Virus record (IMG/VR): IMGVR_UViG_3300025251_000021
Location: 1-44,080 of that record
DNA from: a virus
Taxonomy: Duplodnaviria > Caudoviricetes
DNA length: 44,080 bases
Strand: one strand, 5' to 3'
Below are positions 16,412 through 25,974 of the stretch, piece by piece. The first letter of the stretch is position 1. The number at the start of each line of letters is the position of its first letter. The translations under genes were made by a program, and so were the position numbers. The notes beneath the pieces were generated by a model, which made no database searches, was not told the DNA's origin, and worked only from the letters and a program-made list of their open reading frames with translations.

Positions 16412-18394
16412 ATAGCACACACTGACGAAAATAAGAGCAAAGCTCAGATAAATAAAGAATTGTTTAGAAGATGGAGCGACGCTAGAACGACTTGGGATAC
16501 TGAAGCCAGAGACGCTGTAGATTTTGTTTTAGGGAATCATTATACAGCTGATGAATCTAGCGCTTTACAAGCAGTTGGTCAAGCAGATTTTGTTATTGAT
16601 AGAGTTTATGCTGCTGTTGATAAATTAAAATCTTTATTAACCGCAAAGCCAGCAAGATTTAGTGCGATAGGAAGAGAAGATTCTGATAATAAATTATCAA
16701 ATGTTTGGAAAACTCTTTTAGAATATATTTGGGATATATCTAAAGGAGATGTTACTTTTAAACAGGTAGTGCACGATTATGCTGTATGTGGTCTTGGATA
16801 TATGTATGCTTATATAGATCCTGAAGCAGATTTTGGTAAAGGAGAAGTAAAATATACACACATTGATCCTTTTCGTGTATATGTAGACCCTGCATCAAGA
16901 GATAGATTTTTTCAAGATGCTTCTGGGATTATTCTTTCTACCTTTTTAACAAAAGAGCAAATACTTAATTTATATCCTCAATTGGAAGAATCAATTGATA
17001 GTGTAGAGGTTGGAGATAATTCTTTGTATGGAGAAGATTATCCAACTTCGAATAGGAAAAATACAAATAGTATTATTACTCCAGCAGAGGCAAAAAATTT
17101 AGATTATAATACCAATCAGAAGTATCAGATATTAGATAGGTTTTATAAAATTAGAGTTCCTTTTTATAGGCTTTTTGATACTTCAAGCGACAGCGAAAAG
17201 ATTTTAGACCAGGAAACATATTCTATAGTAATGCAAGATGAAGAAACTCAGATTGCTATAGAAACTGGAGCTATTGAAATAGTAGAAATTATGCAAGAAA
17301 GAATTGCACAATGTTCTACCATAGGAAATGTTTTATTATTTGAGCGTGTTTTAGACACTGATATCTACCCAATTGTTCCATTTGCGAATATTTGGACTAA
17401 CACTCCCTATCCGAAGTCAGATGTGAACAAGGTTAAAGACTCGCAAAGGCTTTTAAATAAGTTATTCTCTTTAACCTTGTCACACGCTCAGTCTGCTGCT
17501 GGATTAAAACTTTTAATTCCAGAGGGAAGTGTAGATAGCGTTAATCAGTTAGAAAAAGATTGGGCAAACCCAAATGCGGTTATTCAATATAATCCGGAAT
17601 TTGGTGAGCCACATTATCCACAACCAGCTCCTTTAACAAGCGAGTTTTATTTTCTTATAGATAGAGTGGAAAAATATATAGATTTAAATTTTGGTATTCC
17701 AGAATTATTACAAGGGTTTAAAGAGTCTGCTCCTGAATCAGTAAGAGGTACGATGCTTCTATCTGAAATGGGCGAATCAAGAGGAAAATCTAAACTAAGA
17801 GATATTGAATCAAGTTTGGCTCAAATTGGTCAAGTGATTTATAATCTTGCTAAAAAACATTATGATTATCAAAAAACCTTTAGAGTAGTACAACCGAATA
17901 ATGATTTAACTGAGTTTACAGTTAACAATAGGTTGTATGATGATAAAACAAAAGAATTGGTGTCGATTCAAAATGATTTAACTTTGGGTCAGCACGATAT
18001 TAGAATAATATCAGGTTCAACTTTACCGAGTAACAAAGTGGCAGAATACAATATGTACTTAGAAGCTTACAAACTTGGCCTGGTAGACGATGTCGAGGTT
18101 TTAAAGAAAAGTGAAATCTTTGACAAAGAAGGTGTTCTCCAAAGAAAGAGCGTTATGGCTCAAATGCAGAACTATATACAACAACTTGAAGACCAAGTGA
18201 AGAAACTAAGTGGAGATCTTCAAACATCTGAGAGAGAAACTGTTGGAGCTCGTAAAAGAGTAGAAACAGAGAAATTCAAAACTCAGTTAAATGAAGTTCT
18301 TCAAATGGAAAAAACTAAAGGAGATAAAAAGTTGTTAGAATTAGGAGCTGCAATTGATTCTATGAAGCTCGGATCTGAGGAAGACAATAAGTAA
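16412..18394 (+). CDS. portal protein (P22-like); start probably ATA 16412, alternative TTG 16460
   Basis: Position after TerL, VYVDP motif, long C-terminal coiled coil. Confidence 0.88.
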   Translation: MAHTDENKSKAQINKELFRRWSDARTTWDTEARDAVDFVLGNHYTADESSALQAVGQADFVIDRVYAAVDKLKSLLTAKPARFSAIGREDSDNKLSNVWKTLLEYIWDISKGDVTFKQVVHDYAVCGLGYMYAYIDPEADFGKGEVKYTHIDPFRVYVDPASRDRFFQDASGIILSTFLTKEQILNLYPQLEESIDSVEVGDNSLYGEDYPTSNRKNTNSIITPAEAKNLDYNTNQKYQILDRFYKIRVPFYRLFDTSSDSEKILDQETYSIVMQDEETQIAIETGAIEIVEIMQERIAQCSTIGNVLLFERVLDTDIYPIVPFANIWTNTPYPKSDVNKVKDSQRLLNKLFSLTLSHAQSAAGLKLLIPEGSVDSVNQLEKDWANPNAVIQYNPEFGEPHYPQPAPLTSEFYFLIDRVEKYIDLNFGIPELLQGFKESAPESVRGTMLLSEMGESRGKSKLRDIESSLAQIGQVIYNLAKKHYDYQKTFRVVQPNNDLTEFTVNNRLYDDKTKELVSIQNDLTLGQHDIRIISGSTLPSNKVAEYNMYLEAYKLGLVDDVEVLKKSEIFDKEGVLQRKSVMAQMQNYIQQLEDQVKKLSGDLQTSERETVGARKRVETEKFKTQLNEVLQMEKTKGDKKLLELGAAIDSMKLGSEEDNK

Positions 18395-18447
18395 ACAGAA
18401 AAGCACTCGGTTATGCACTCACGTGAAATCGGGAAAGGAGAGAAAAA

Positions 18448-19194
18448 ATGGCTAATAAGAATGAACAGGTTGAAGGACAAGACCCAATTACTGAAGGAGT
18501 TATAGAAGCGGAACCTATTGTTTCTATAGAACCGGAACAAGCAGAAGGTGTTGAAGCATCTGAAGTAGTAGATTGGGAAGCTGAATCTAAAAAGTTCCAA
18601 TCAATGTATGATAGAAAGACTGTCGACTATGAGAATCTCAGTAGAGATTCTAAAGATATGGTCGAATTAAAGCAGCTTTTGAATGAAAAACCAGAATTGG
18701 TTGAAGCAATGGAGAAAACATTGTCTGGAGAATCTGTTGAAAGTAAAGAGGAAGTTTCCTCTGAATCTTTCGACCCTTGGGATGCCTATTACAAGAAAGA
18801 TTCACCATCCTATAAAATGAGGGTGACGAATGAGCAAAAACTTGTACACGAGACTGTAGATCGTGAACTCGGAAAACTACAGGAGGCTATGGCAGTCAAC
18901 AATCTTAAGAATGAGCTAAAGGCAAAACATAAAATGTCTGATAACGATGCTGAAGAATTTCTTAGATTTGCTACGACTCCTCGTGGTGATCTCCCTCTAG
19001 ATACCTTGGTAAAAGTGTGGAGAGAAGGCTCAGGAGTTAAAGAAAATCCTAATAAGAAAGCAGTTGAAAAAGCTCAGTCAATTCCAAAGGCGGCTGGAGT
19101 TCTTCAAGGTGGGGAACTACCCCAGAAGAGCGAACCAGATCAAGTTTGGGATAGAATTATGAGTGTTGGTAACCGTAGCAAATTAGTAAAATAA
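18448..19194 (+). CDS. scaffolding protein
   Basis: Acidic N-terminus, helical, between portal and capsid. Confidence 0.7.
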   Translation: MANKNEQVEGQDPITEGVIEAEPIVSIEPEQAEGVEASEVVDWEAESKKFQSMYDRKTVDYENLSRDSKDMVELKQLLNEKPELVEAMEKTLSGESVESKEEVSSESFDPWDAYYKKDSPSYKMRVTNEQKLVHETVDRELGKLQEAMAVNNLKNELKAKHKMSDNDAEEFLRFATTPRGDLPLDTLVKVWREGSGVKENPNKKAVEKAQSIPKAAGVLQGGELPQKSEPDQVWDRIMSVGNRSKLVK

Positions 19195-19221
19195 TACAAT
19201 TAGCTTAGGAGAAAACTAAAA

Positions 19222-20592
19222 ATGGCTTACAATCAGAATACACTAAAGTCATCTGATATTACAGCAGCCGCTACTAGTGCAGGAGTCGGAACGGCTCCAG
19301 ACCAAAGAAGATTATATGACTTTTCTGACAGAGTTGCAGAACTTATGCCAGAGGAGTCACCTTTTTTCGTCTACCTAAATAAAGTTGCAAAGAATCCAAC
19401 AGACGATTCTATATTCCGATTTTTGGAAAATAGAACGGTTACTAATTGGACTTCACGTAATTTTAATTTAGCAGCAGCAGTAAATGGTGGTTCAGCAGTA
19501 TCAGCTGGCAGTACATATGATGTAACTGTTGACGACGGCTCAAGTGGCGCAATATCTTTCCTTACCAAAGGAATGGTAGTTGCAGTTAACACAGTCGACT
19601 CAACAGCAGGTTGGGCACAAGCCCTTGTAAGAGTTGAATCCGCACCTACAATTGGTTCATCTTCTACCGTATTTAGCGGTAGAATTATTGATGTATCAAA
19701 TGCTAATGTTTCAGGTTATAATGTTCTAGCAAATAATGATGCTTGCCAAATCGTTGGTACATCATTTGCTGAAGGAACAGGTTCACCTGATACATTTTCA
19801 GATACATTAGATGACGATTTTGGGTACACTCAAATCTTCAAAACAGCTTGTGAACTAACTAATACAGCTATTGCAACTCGTCATCGTGGCTATGCCAACG
19901 AATTTGACAGAGTTTGGGCTCAAAAACTCCGCGAACACAAAATCGATATCGAAAGAGCTATGCTCTTCGGTCAACGAGCACGTGTACAAGGAGTACAATA
20001 TACTGAAGGTCTCGTAGGACACATCGTAAAAAATGTCAACCCAACGGCTGACGATTCAGCATTAAGTTACTCTTCTGGTAGTGCATACTACAGAAGTGTA
20101 GCTCAAGCTGAGTTAACTTACGATAGACTTCTCGGAGATATGGAAGTTATATTTGACCCAGCACGAGGCGGAGCAGGTGAAAGACTTGTTCTAGCTTCCT
20201 TGCCAGTTATTACCTTCTTTAATAAAATGGGTGACGGCGCTTTTGTCGACGCTACCCAAGGCTACTCAAATAGTCCTTACAGATACAATATGGAAAAAGC
20301 ACAGGGTGCTTTCGGACACGAATTAAGTCAAATTAATACTGTTCACGGAAGTTTATATCTTGTGAAAGAACCATTATTTAGAGGAATGGCTAGCGGAATG
20401 ATGCTTATGGCAGATATGTCAAACTTAGCATATAGACCACTAGTTGGGAACGGTGTTAATCGTGATACTCAAATCCAAACAAATGTACAAAGTGCAGATG
20501 AGGATTTAAGAAAAGATATGATTCTTACAGAAGCAGGTCTTGAAATCACATTACCAGAAGTTCACGCTCTATACAACGTGGAGGGAATATAA
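19222..20592 (+). CDS. major capsid protein (SU10/DUF5309-like)
   Basis: PEESPFF, GYTQIFKT, EHKIDIERAMLFG, ILTEAGLE motifs. Confidence 0.88.
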   Translation: MAYNQNTLKSSDITAAATSAGVGTAPDQRRLYDFSDRVAELMPEESPFFVYLNKVAKNPTDDSIFRFLENRTVTNWTSRNFNLAAAVNGGSAVSAGSTYDVTVDDGSSGAISFLTKGMVVAVNTVDSTAGWAQALVRVESAPTIGSSSTVFSGRIIDVSNANVSGYNVLANNDACQIVGTSFAEGTGSPDTFSDTLDDDFGYTQIFKTACELTNTAIATRHRGYANEFDRVWAQKLREHKIDIERAMLFGQRARVQGVQYTEGLVGHIVKNVNPTADDSALSYSSGSAYYRSVAQAELTYDRLLGDMEVIFDPARGGAGERLVLASLPVITFFNKMGDGAFVDATQGYSNSPYRYNMEKAQGAFGHELSQINTVHGSLYLVKEPLFRGMASGMMLMADMSNLAYRPLVGNGVNRDTQIQTNVQSADEDLRKDMILTEAGLEITLPEVHALYNVEGI

Positions 20593-20593
20593 A

Positions 20594-21025
20594 ATGAGAA
20601 GTGCATATTTAGAAGTGAATAGTGGAGAAGGCGACTTCAGAAAACACGTAGAACACTTAACAGCAGCCGTTACTCTAACGAATAACGACAGTGGTAAAGT
20701 ATATATGTGTTCATCTGCAGACGGTGCGTTTTCAATTACATTACCTACAGCCTCAACAGGCTTAGATGGAGTGCATTATAAATTCATCGTTTGGGAAGAA
20801 ACCCCAACGGCTGATATTACAATCGCTGCTGGTAGTGCAATTGTTAGCTTGGTGCACAAAGATGCTGGCGGAGACGCTGCAGCTTCAACTGCTGGTACTC
20901 AAGTTTCAAACATTATTTTAGACACAACTGCTCAACGTGGTGATGTTGTAGATATAATGTTTTGGGGCGGAGAGTATGTAGCTACTGCACTTAGTGGTAT
21001 TAACGCAGGTATTCATACATCATAA
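20594..21025 (+). CDS. probable capsid decoration/structural protein
   Basis: TLTNNDSGKVY...ITLP beta-rich motif directly after the capsid gene. Confidence 0.55.
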   Translation: MRSAYLEVNSGEGDFRKHVEHLTAAVTLTNNDSGKVYMCSSADGAFSITLPTASTGLDGVHYKFIVWEETPTADITIAAGSAIVSLVHKDAGGDAAASTAGTQVSNIILDTTAQRGDVVDIMFWGGEYVATALSGINAGIHTS

Positions 21026-21123
21026 AATAACCCGTGAGGGTTAGCAGTATTGGAACTGTGGGGTTGTTCGTACAAAGGTGCAACCCCGAAATCCAAAAAG
21101 ATTTTAAAATATAGGAGAATAAA

Positions 21124-21318
21124 ATGGCAGCATATAATGCTAACGTAAAAATAGTTATTAATGATATAAGTGCATCAGCTGATACAGTATCAGGCTCTTT
21201 AGCCGCAGATATTAAAGCAGCAGTAAATGCTTTAGATAGTACAAGTGAAGCAATATTAGATATTTCGGTTGTAAAACTTGACCGTTCAAGAGTAGCTTAT
21301 ATAATTTTATATACTTAA
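21124..21318 (+). CDS. small virion-associated hypothetical protein
   Basis: AGGAG RBS. Confidence 0.65.
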   Translation: MAAYNANVKIVINDISASADTVSGSLAADIKAAVNALDSTSEAILDISVVKLDRSRVAYIILYT

Positions 21319-21320
21319 GA

Positions 21321-21575
21321 ATGAATTGTCAACATTGCAATGAACCTAATCCTGAAGGATATTTTAATTGTCCTTCGTGTGGAGAAAGGGCTTCAAAGCC
21401 TAAGTTCACTCAACAGTTTGTTGTGAGAGAAAATAATTCTTGGGCAAGAGCAATTAGAACTGACCAGATAGATTTTGGCACAAAAAATATGGGCGAGCAT
21501 ATAAAAGAATTGAAAAAGAAAAACCTTACTCCAAAAGTGGGTACAGGTGATTTTGCAAAAGTAAAAGGAGGTTAA
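21321..21575 (+). CDS. Zn-ribbon protein
   Basis: CQHC...CPSCG. Confidence 0.7.
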   Translation: MNCQHCNEPNPEGYFNCPSCGERASKPKFTQQFVVRENNSWARAIRTDQIDFGTKNMGEHIKELKKKNLTPKVGTGDFAKVKGG

Positions 21576-21576
21576 T

Positions 21577-21672
21577 ATGCCGTACGGACCAGGAACATAT
21601 GGAAAAAAAGTAGGAAGACCTAAAAAGAAGAAGAAACGCAAAAAAGGTAAGAAGAAAGGCAAGAAGAAATAA
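21577..21672 (+). CDS. 31-aa lysine-rich peptide
   Basis: MPYGPGTYGKKVGRPKKKKKRKKGKKKGKKK; AAGGAGGT RBS. Confidence 0.7.
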   Translation: MPYGPGTYGKKVGRPKKKKKRKKGKKKGKKK

Positions 21673-21815
21673 TGCGTGGATTAAGAGAACAAGTAAGAAA
21701 AACTAATGGTGCAAAAAAAACAAGACAAGGACAAAGTAAGAATACAAAGTTTGGGACACCAGTTAGTAAAAAATATTATAAAAAACCACACAATAGTAGT
21801 GGACAAGGAAGATAG
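21672..21815 (+). CDS. 47-aa basic peptide
   Basis: MRGLREQVRKTNGAKKTRQGQSK...; TAATG coupling. Confidence 0.6.
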   Translation: MRGLREQVRKTNGAKKTRQGQSKNTKFGTPVSKKYYKKPHNSSGQGR

Positions 21816-21818
21816 ATA

Positions 21819-22916
21819 ATGGCAACATTTCAAGTACAATTAGAAGATTTAGCAGGAGGATCAAGCGTAGATACAGCAGCTATGAGTGATTGGTTAACTG
21901 CTGGGGCTAGAACGGTATTAGATGTTTTAAGTCCAACAAAGTTACAAAGAATAGCAAGCAATACAAATTTTACAGATTCATTAGATGTTGAAGGTAAAAA
22001 AATATTAGCTGTTACCAGAAAAGATGCAAATAATAGCAATAGATATATGCCCTGTAGAGGACTAACTCCAAATTCAATGGGAAAAGTTTTAGATTCTAAT
22101 TATATGGAATATGCAAGTACTAGTGATCCTGCATATATAGTTCATAATGATGTTTTAAATACATATCCACAGAGTGTTGCATCTAATGATAGTAGGGTTG
22201 TTTATGTTAATTCTGGTATTACTGTAGCGTTTGGAGATAGTGCGATAGCTAACTTTCCAGATGAAGCAGAAAGTGCTGTAGTATCATATGCCTCGAGAAA
22301 TTATTTACAAAGATTAATGACTAATTTAATATCTAATACTGACATTACCACTGCTTTAGATGCAGCCAATACAGAATTAGATGAAACTCTATTAGTATGT
22401 GATGCAATTAATACAAATGTAGATTCTGCTGTAGCAGAGATATTAGAAACAGTTACCACTGTAGATACTGCTGTAGATACTGCATTAAGTGCAATGACAA
22501 CTGCAGCTGGAAGAATTAATACAGCAGTAGGTTTAGCAAACACACAACTTGATAGTGCAGTTACAGCAAACGCAGCAGAAGATATAGAATTAGCTTCTTC
22601 TCACGTAAACGCAGGTAGCGGTTTTATAGGGGAAGCAACCGCATCGGCAAGCGAGTTAAGTTCTTATGGTGTAGAAGTTCAACAAAGATTAGCACAGGTT
22701 GGAGCACAAGGACAGGTTGCAGCAAGATATATTTCAGCTGCTCAAGGATTTGCAACAGAATTACAAAGTAAAATTGGTATTGCTTCAGGATATTTACAAG
22801 AAATGCAAGGAAGATTAGCTGTAGATACTACTAAATATTCTTGGTATGAAAAACAATATCAAATGGCTGATGCAAGATATAAAGAACAAATAGAAATATT
22901 AAAAGGAACATTATAA
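21819..22916 (+). CDS. virion structural protein (adaptor-like) with Ala-rich coiled coil
   Basis: Position and composition. Confidence 0.55.
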   Translation: MATFQVQLEDLAGGSSVDTAAMSDWLTAGARTVLDVLSPTKLQRIASNTNFTDSLDVEGKKILAVTRKDANNSNRYMPCRGLTPNSMGKVLDSNYMEYASTSDPAYIVHNDVLNTYPQSVASNDSRVVYVNSGITVAFGDSAIANFPDEAESAVVSYASRNYLQRLMTNLISNTDITTALDAANTELDETLLVCDAINTNVDSAVAEILETVTTVDTAVDTALSAMTTAAGRINTAVGLANTQLDSAVTANAAEDIELASSHVNAGSGFIGEATASASELSSYGVEVQQRLAQVGAQGQVAARYISAAQGFATELQSKIGIASGYLQEMQGRLAVDTTKYSWYEKQYQMADARYKEQIEILKGTL

Positions 22917-23254
22917 TGGCAGCAATAGAATTTTCAGCAAAAGAAATATATAGTAGAGTTATTCAAGCAGTTCCTGGTATTTCAGAGAATTATGTATTAA
23001 ACTTAATTAATGAAGCATTGGTTGATATGGGAAGATATTCTTTGAAAGTAGAACACGCTAAGACAGATTTAAAACATAATCAATTATGGTATAATTTAGA
23101 TGATGATAGAGGAATAACTATTAATAAAGTATTCAGATGTTCTATAAAAAATTCTAATGGAGAATATATACAAATACCTAGGTTGACTACAGGACAAATT
23201 AAACAGTATTATCAAGAAGAATCTGATGGTACAAGTTGGACGGAGGTAGCATAA
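22916..23254 (+). CDS. putative tail adaptor/tubular protein
   Basis: LNLINEAL helix; position in the tail module. Confidence 0.45.
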   Translation: MAAIEFSAKEIYSRVIQAVPGISENYVLNLINEALVDMGRYSLKVEHAKTDLKHNQLWYNLDDDRGITINKVFRCSIKNSNGEYIQIPRLTTGQIKQYYQEESDGTSWTEVA

Positions 23255-23937
23255 TGGCTTCAATTTCTAGCACATATACTGACCCTTCCGATACATTTGT
23301 ATGGTGGATTGAAGGAGATAGAATTGCAATTGCAACTTCAAAAGGAGATGGAAGTACCACAGAAACTGGAGAAGGAAAACTTAAAGCACCTCAATTATCT
23401 ACAACTGCATCATATCAAGCAGATGGAAGTACTGCCAATTTATTGGATGAAGCATTGGATGCTTCTGAAACAGCAGTGGATGTTGATTATGGTGCTGGAT
23501 TTACTGCAAACGATATTATTCAAGTAGATGATGAGATTATGAGAATAGAAAGCATCTCAACAAATACAGTAACAGTTACAAGAGGATTCAGAAATACAAC
23601 TGCAGCTGCACACGATAACGATACAGCTATTACCGAACACGATGTGGTTACAAGTGGCGTTGCGATATCTTATGATGCAGAACCAGATAAATTAAGTTCT
23701 ATAACAGGAACAATTGATTTAGACAACACTTTACAACCTGCTTTAATTAATTATGTAAAAGCACAAGCATTGATGGATTCTGCTGCAAGAGAACAAGATC
23801 CAAATAAATCTATGATTAAAGCTCAAGCATCGCAAAGATGTTTAAAGCAATATCAAGACATTGTAAGAAAGTATGGTATGAAAAAGAATGATAAAACAGG
23901 CGGATTAAGAGCTGTAGCTCCATACGATTTAAGATAA
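23254..23937 (+). CDS. virion structural protein
   Basis: GGAGG RBS, ATG 23254; contains a DDEIM...VTRG...T.AAAH beta domain. Confidence 0.55.
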   Translation: MASISSTYTDPSDTFVWWIEGDRIAIATSKGDGSTTETGEGKLKAPQLSTTASYQADGSTANLLDEALDASETAVDVDYGAGFTANDIIQVDDEIMRIESISTNTVTVTRGFRNTTAAAHDNDTAITEHDVVTSGVAISYDAEPDKLSSITGTIDLDNTLQPALINYVKAQALMDSAAREQDPNKSMIKAQASQRCLKQYQDIVRKYGMKKNDKTGGLRAVAPYDLR

Positions 23938-24074
23938 TGTTTAGTGGACCTAATGGAGCAGGAAAAGGAGACAAACCAAGAATGGGTATTTCTCCAACAG
24001 AGTGGGCAAAACGTTGGGAAAAGATTTTTAGAAAAGATAAAAAGGTGAAAGGCAAAAAAAGTGGAATTAGGTAA
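23937..24074 (+). CDS. 45-aa basic peptide (GKGDKPR...WEKIF type)
   Basis: TAATG coupling; fills the gap. Confidence 0.6.
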   Translation: MFSGPNGAGKGDKPRMGISPTEWAKRWEKIFRKDKKVKGKKSGIR

Positions 24075-24330
24075 AGATACTAAATTAACATTAAAGTTGG
24101 AGACTATTGCTTCGGTTGTAGTAACTCTTGTAATGGTGGTCGGAGTTTATTTTAGTTTAAAATCAGATATTGAAGAAGCTAAAGAATTACCTAAGCCCGA
24201 AGTAAGTCGGACTGAATATGATTTAAAAGACCAAATGATTCGTGATACGATTATCAATACACAAGAAGATGTGGAAGAAATCAAAGAAGATGTTAAGAAC
24301 ATTGAACGAATCATAATAGAGAATAGATGA
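24061..24330 (+). CDS. single-pass membrane protein with coiled coil
   Basis: IASVVVTLVMVVGVYFSL transmembrane segment. Confidence 0.7.
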   Translation: MELGKDTKLTLKLETIASVVVTLVMVVGVYFSLKSDIEEAKELPKPEVSRTEYDLKDQMIRDTIINTQEDVEEIKEDVKNIERIIIENR

Positions 24331-24333
24331 GAA

Positions 24334-24747
24334 ATGATTATGATGAAAAAATACTTAATGCGATGGTTATTTCTTGTTGGGTTATGTTGCTCATCGCCCT
24401 TATTGTATGGGCAGTCAACCCTTGAGAACTTACAACAAGTACAGTTTCTAAGTCAAAATATATGTGTAGTAGTACAGGTGAATGCAGATTGGAATAAGAG
24501 TTCATCTATTGATTTAGGACATATGGATAATTGTCAATGGTTTCACGCAAGTATTGACAACAAAGAATATGGTGCTGCAATAGCAAGTGAATGGAATATT
24601 AAATCAGTACCAACAATTATTATGTTTGAAAAAGGAAAAGAGATTAAAAGATTTGAAGCAGGGTTGTCTTTTACACTAGACCGAGATGATATTAAAGAAG
24701 AAATAGAAGAAGAAATAGATAAAATAATGTTAAGGAGATTTCAATGA
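24334..24747 (+). CDS. secreted thioredoxin-fold protein lacking CxxC
   Basis: Signal peptide; NADWN replaces WCxxC; IKSVPTIIMFEKGKEIKRF. Confidence 0.7.
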   Translation: MIMMKKYLMRWLFLVGLCCSSPLLYGQSTLENLQQVQFLSQNICVVVQVNADWNKSSSIDLGHMDNCQWFHASIDNKEYGAAIASEWNIKSVPTIIMFEKGKEIKRFEAGLSFTLDRDDIKEEIEEEIDKIMLRRFQ

Positions 24748-25838
24748 TAAAGAAACTATTAGTAGGATTAATGTTAATGTGCTCACTTAGTGCTCAAGAC
24801 TTTTTAAAGTTTGGAACAATATATGGAGCATATAGCTTAACTAGTCCTTTAACAACAAATGAAACCTATCAAGTAACTGGTGGGAAGTTACAAGAACTAC
24901 AAGAAGAGTTAGAAGATCACGGTTCTCTAACCTTTGGTATTAGAAAATTAGCACGGTTTGATTATGAGAATAAACCTGAAGTATGGTATACTGGGAAAGA
25001 AGCTCCAATCAACGAAAGTGTGATGGTGGGCAATGGTATGGCAAAAGGTTGGGAATATGTATTAGAATATTCTAAACATACTCAATTTGGTGAATCATTT
25101 GATAATCACGAATATATGTTACGATACTTAGCTCCTAAATTTATCTTTAAAGCTAACTATGATGCAATGGGATTAGAAGATTTAGAATTTGCAGCAGTAG
25201 ATATGCGATACAGAATTAATAAAGGAAACTGGGATTTTAGTGCAGGACTTGCAGCAAGAAGCCATCCAGCATATTTAGACTTTCTACCTATAGATTTATA
25301 TTGGGAAGAAAAGGGATTTGATATTAATGAGTCACTCCCGTTCTGGCTTCTCGCCTGGGATGAAGAAGGTTGGGCAGATGGTCCATATAACGATGAATGG
25401 ACAAAACAATGGACTGCTTTTGGTTATGAATACTGGGATTGGTATTGGACAGATAAGGATGGAGTTTTAGTTGCAACAAGTGACGAAGAGTTTTATCAGA
25501 CAATTTATGGAGATATTGTAGAAGATTACAATGATACGTTTGCTCGTGGACTTGGATATCAGCACGAACTAGCATTATCGTTAGGTGCAGATTATTATAA
25601 ATATACAGATGATAATTGGTTTCATCTTTGGGTTACCGCTTATCCCTATAATGAAGGGATGAGTGATTACAGTTTTAATTATGATAATGCAAAATATGGT
25701 ATGGATTATGATGCTGGATTAGTTTTAGGGTGGAAATTATCTAATAAGTTTGGAGTCTTTGTTCAAACAAGATATATCAATATGTATGATATTCAAAGCT
25801 ATGAAGCACAAACAGGATTTAACTGGTTAATATATTAG
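24744..25838 (+). CDS. signal-peptide protein, outer-membrane beta-barrel-like
   Basis: MIKKLLVGLMLMCSLSA-Q signal, aromatic-rich alternating strands, C-terminus YEAQTGFNWLIY. Confidence 0.55.
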   Translation: MIKKLLVGLMLMCSLSAQDFLKFGTIYGAYSLTSPLTTNETYQVTGGKLQELQEELEDHGSLTFGIRKLARFDYENKPEVWYTGKEAPINESVMVGNGMAKGWEYVLEYSKHTQFGESFDNHEYMLRYLAPKFIFKANYDAMGLEDLEFAAVDMRYRINKGNWDFSAGLAARSHPAYLDFLPIDLYWEEKGFDINESLPFWLLAWDEEGWADGPYNDEWTKQWTAFGYEYWDWYWTDKDGVLVATSDEEFYQTIYGDIVEDYNDTFARGLGYQHELALSLGADYYKYTDDNWFHLWVTAYPYNEGMSDYSFNYDNAKYGMDYDAGLVLGWKLSNKFGVFVQTRYINMYDIQSYEAQTGFNWLIY

Positions 25839-25848
25839 GAGGCAATAA

Positions 25849-25974
25849 ATGATAGGATTTGTAATAGGATTTATATTAGGAGTTGCATCACATTATGCTT
25901 GGTGTAAGTATGCAAATAAATGTGATTGTAATGAAAAATGGAAAATGATTGTAAATAAGAATAGGAAGAAATAA
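25849..25974 (+). CDS. 41-aa membrane peptide
   Basis: AGGAGG RBS; MIGFVIGFILGVASHYAWC... Confidence 0.6.
   Translation: MIGFVIGFILGVASHYAWCKYANKCDCNEKWKMIVNKNRKK

Noticed and set aside
21050-21096. Second hammerhead (CTG...GAAA)
   Set aside because: Lacks CUGANGA and a third helix with an NUH site
23937-24074. GPNGAGK as an ABC ATPase Walker A
   Set aside because: Only 45 aa, G follows K, and no Walker B or signature motif
24334-24747. Active thioredoxin auxiliary metabolic gene
   Set aside because: No CxxC at the active-site position
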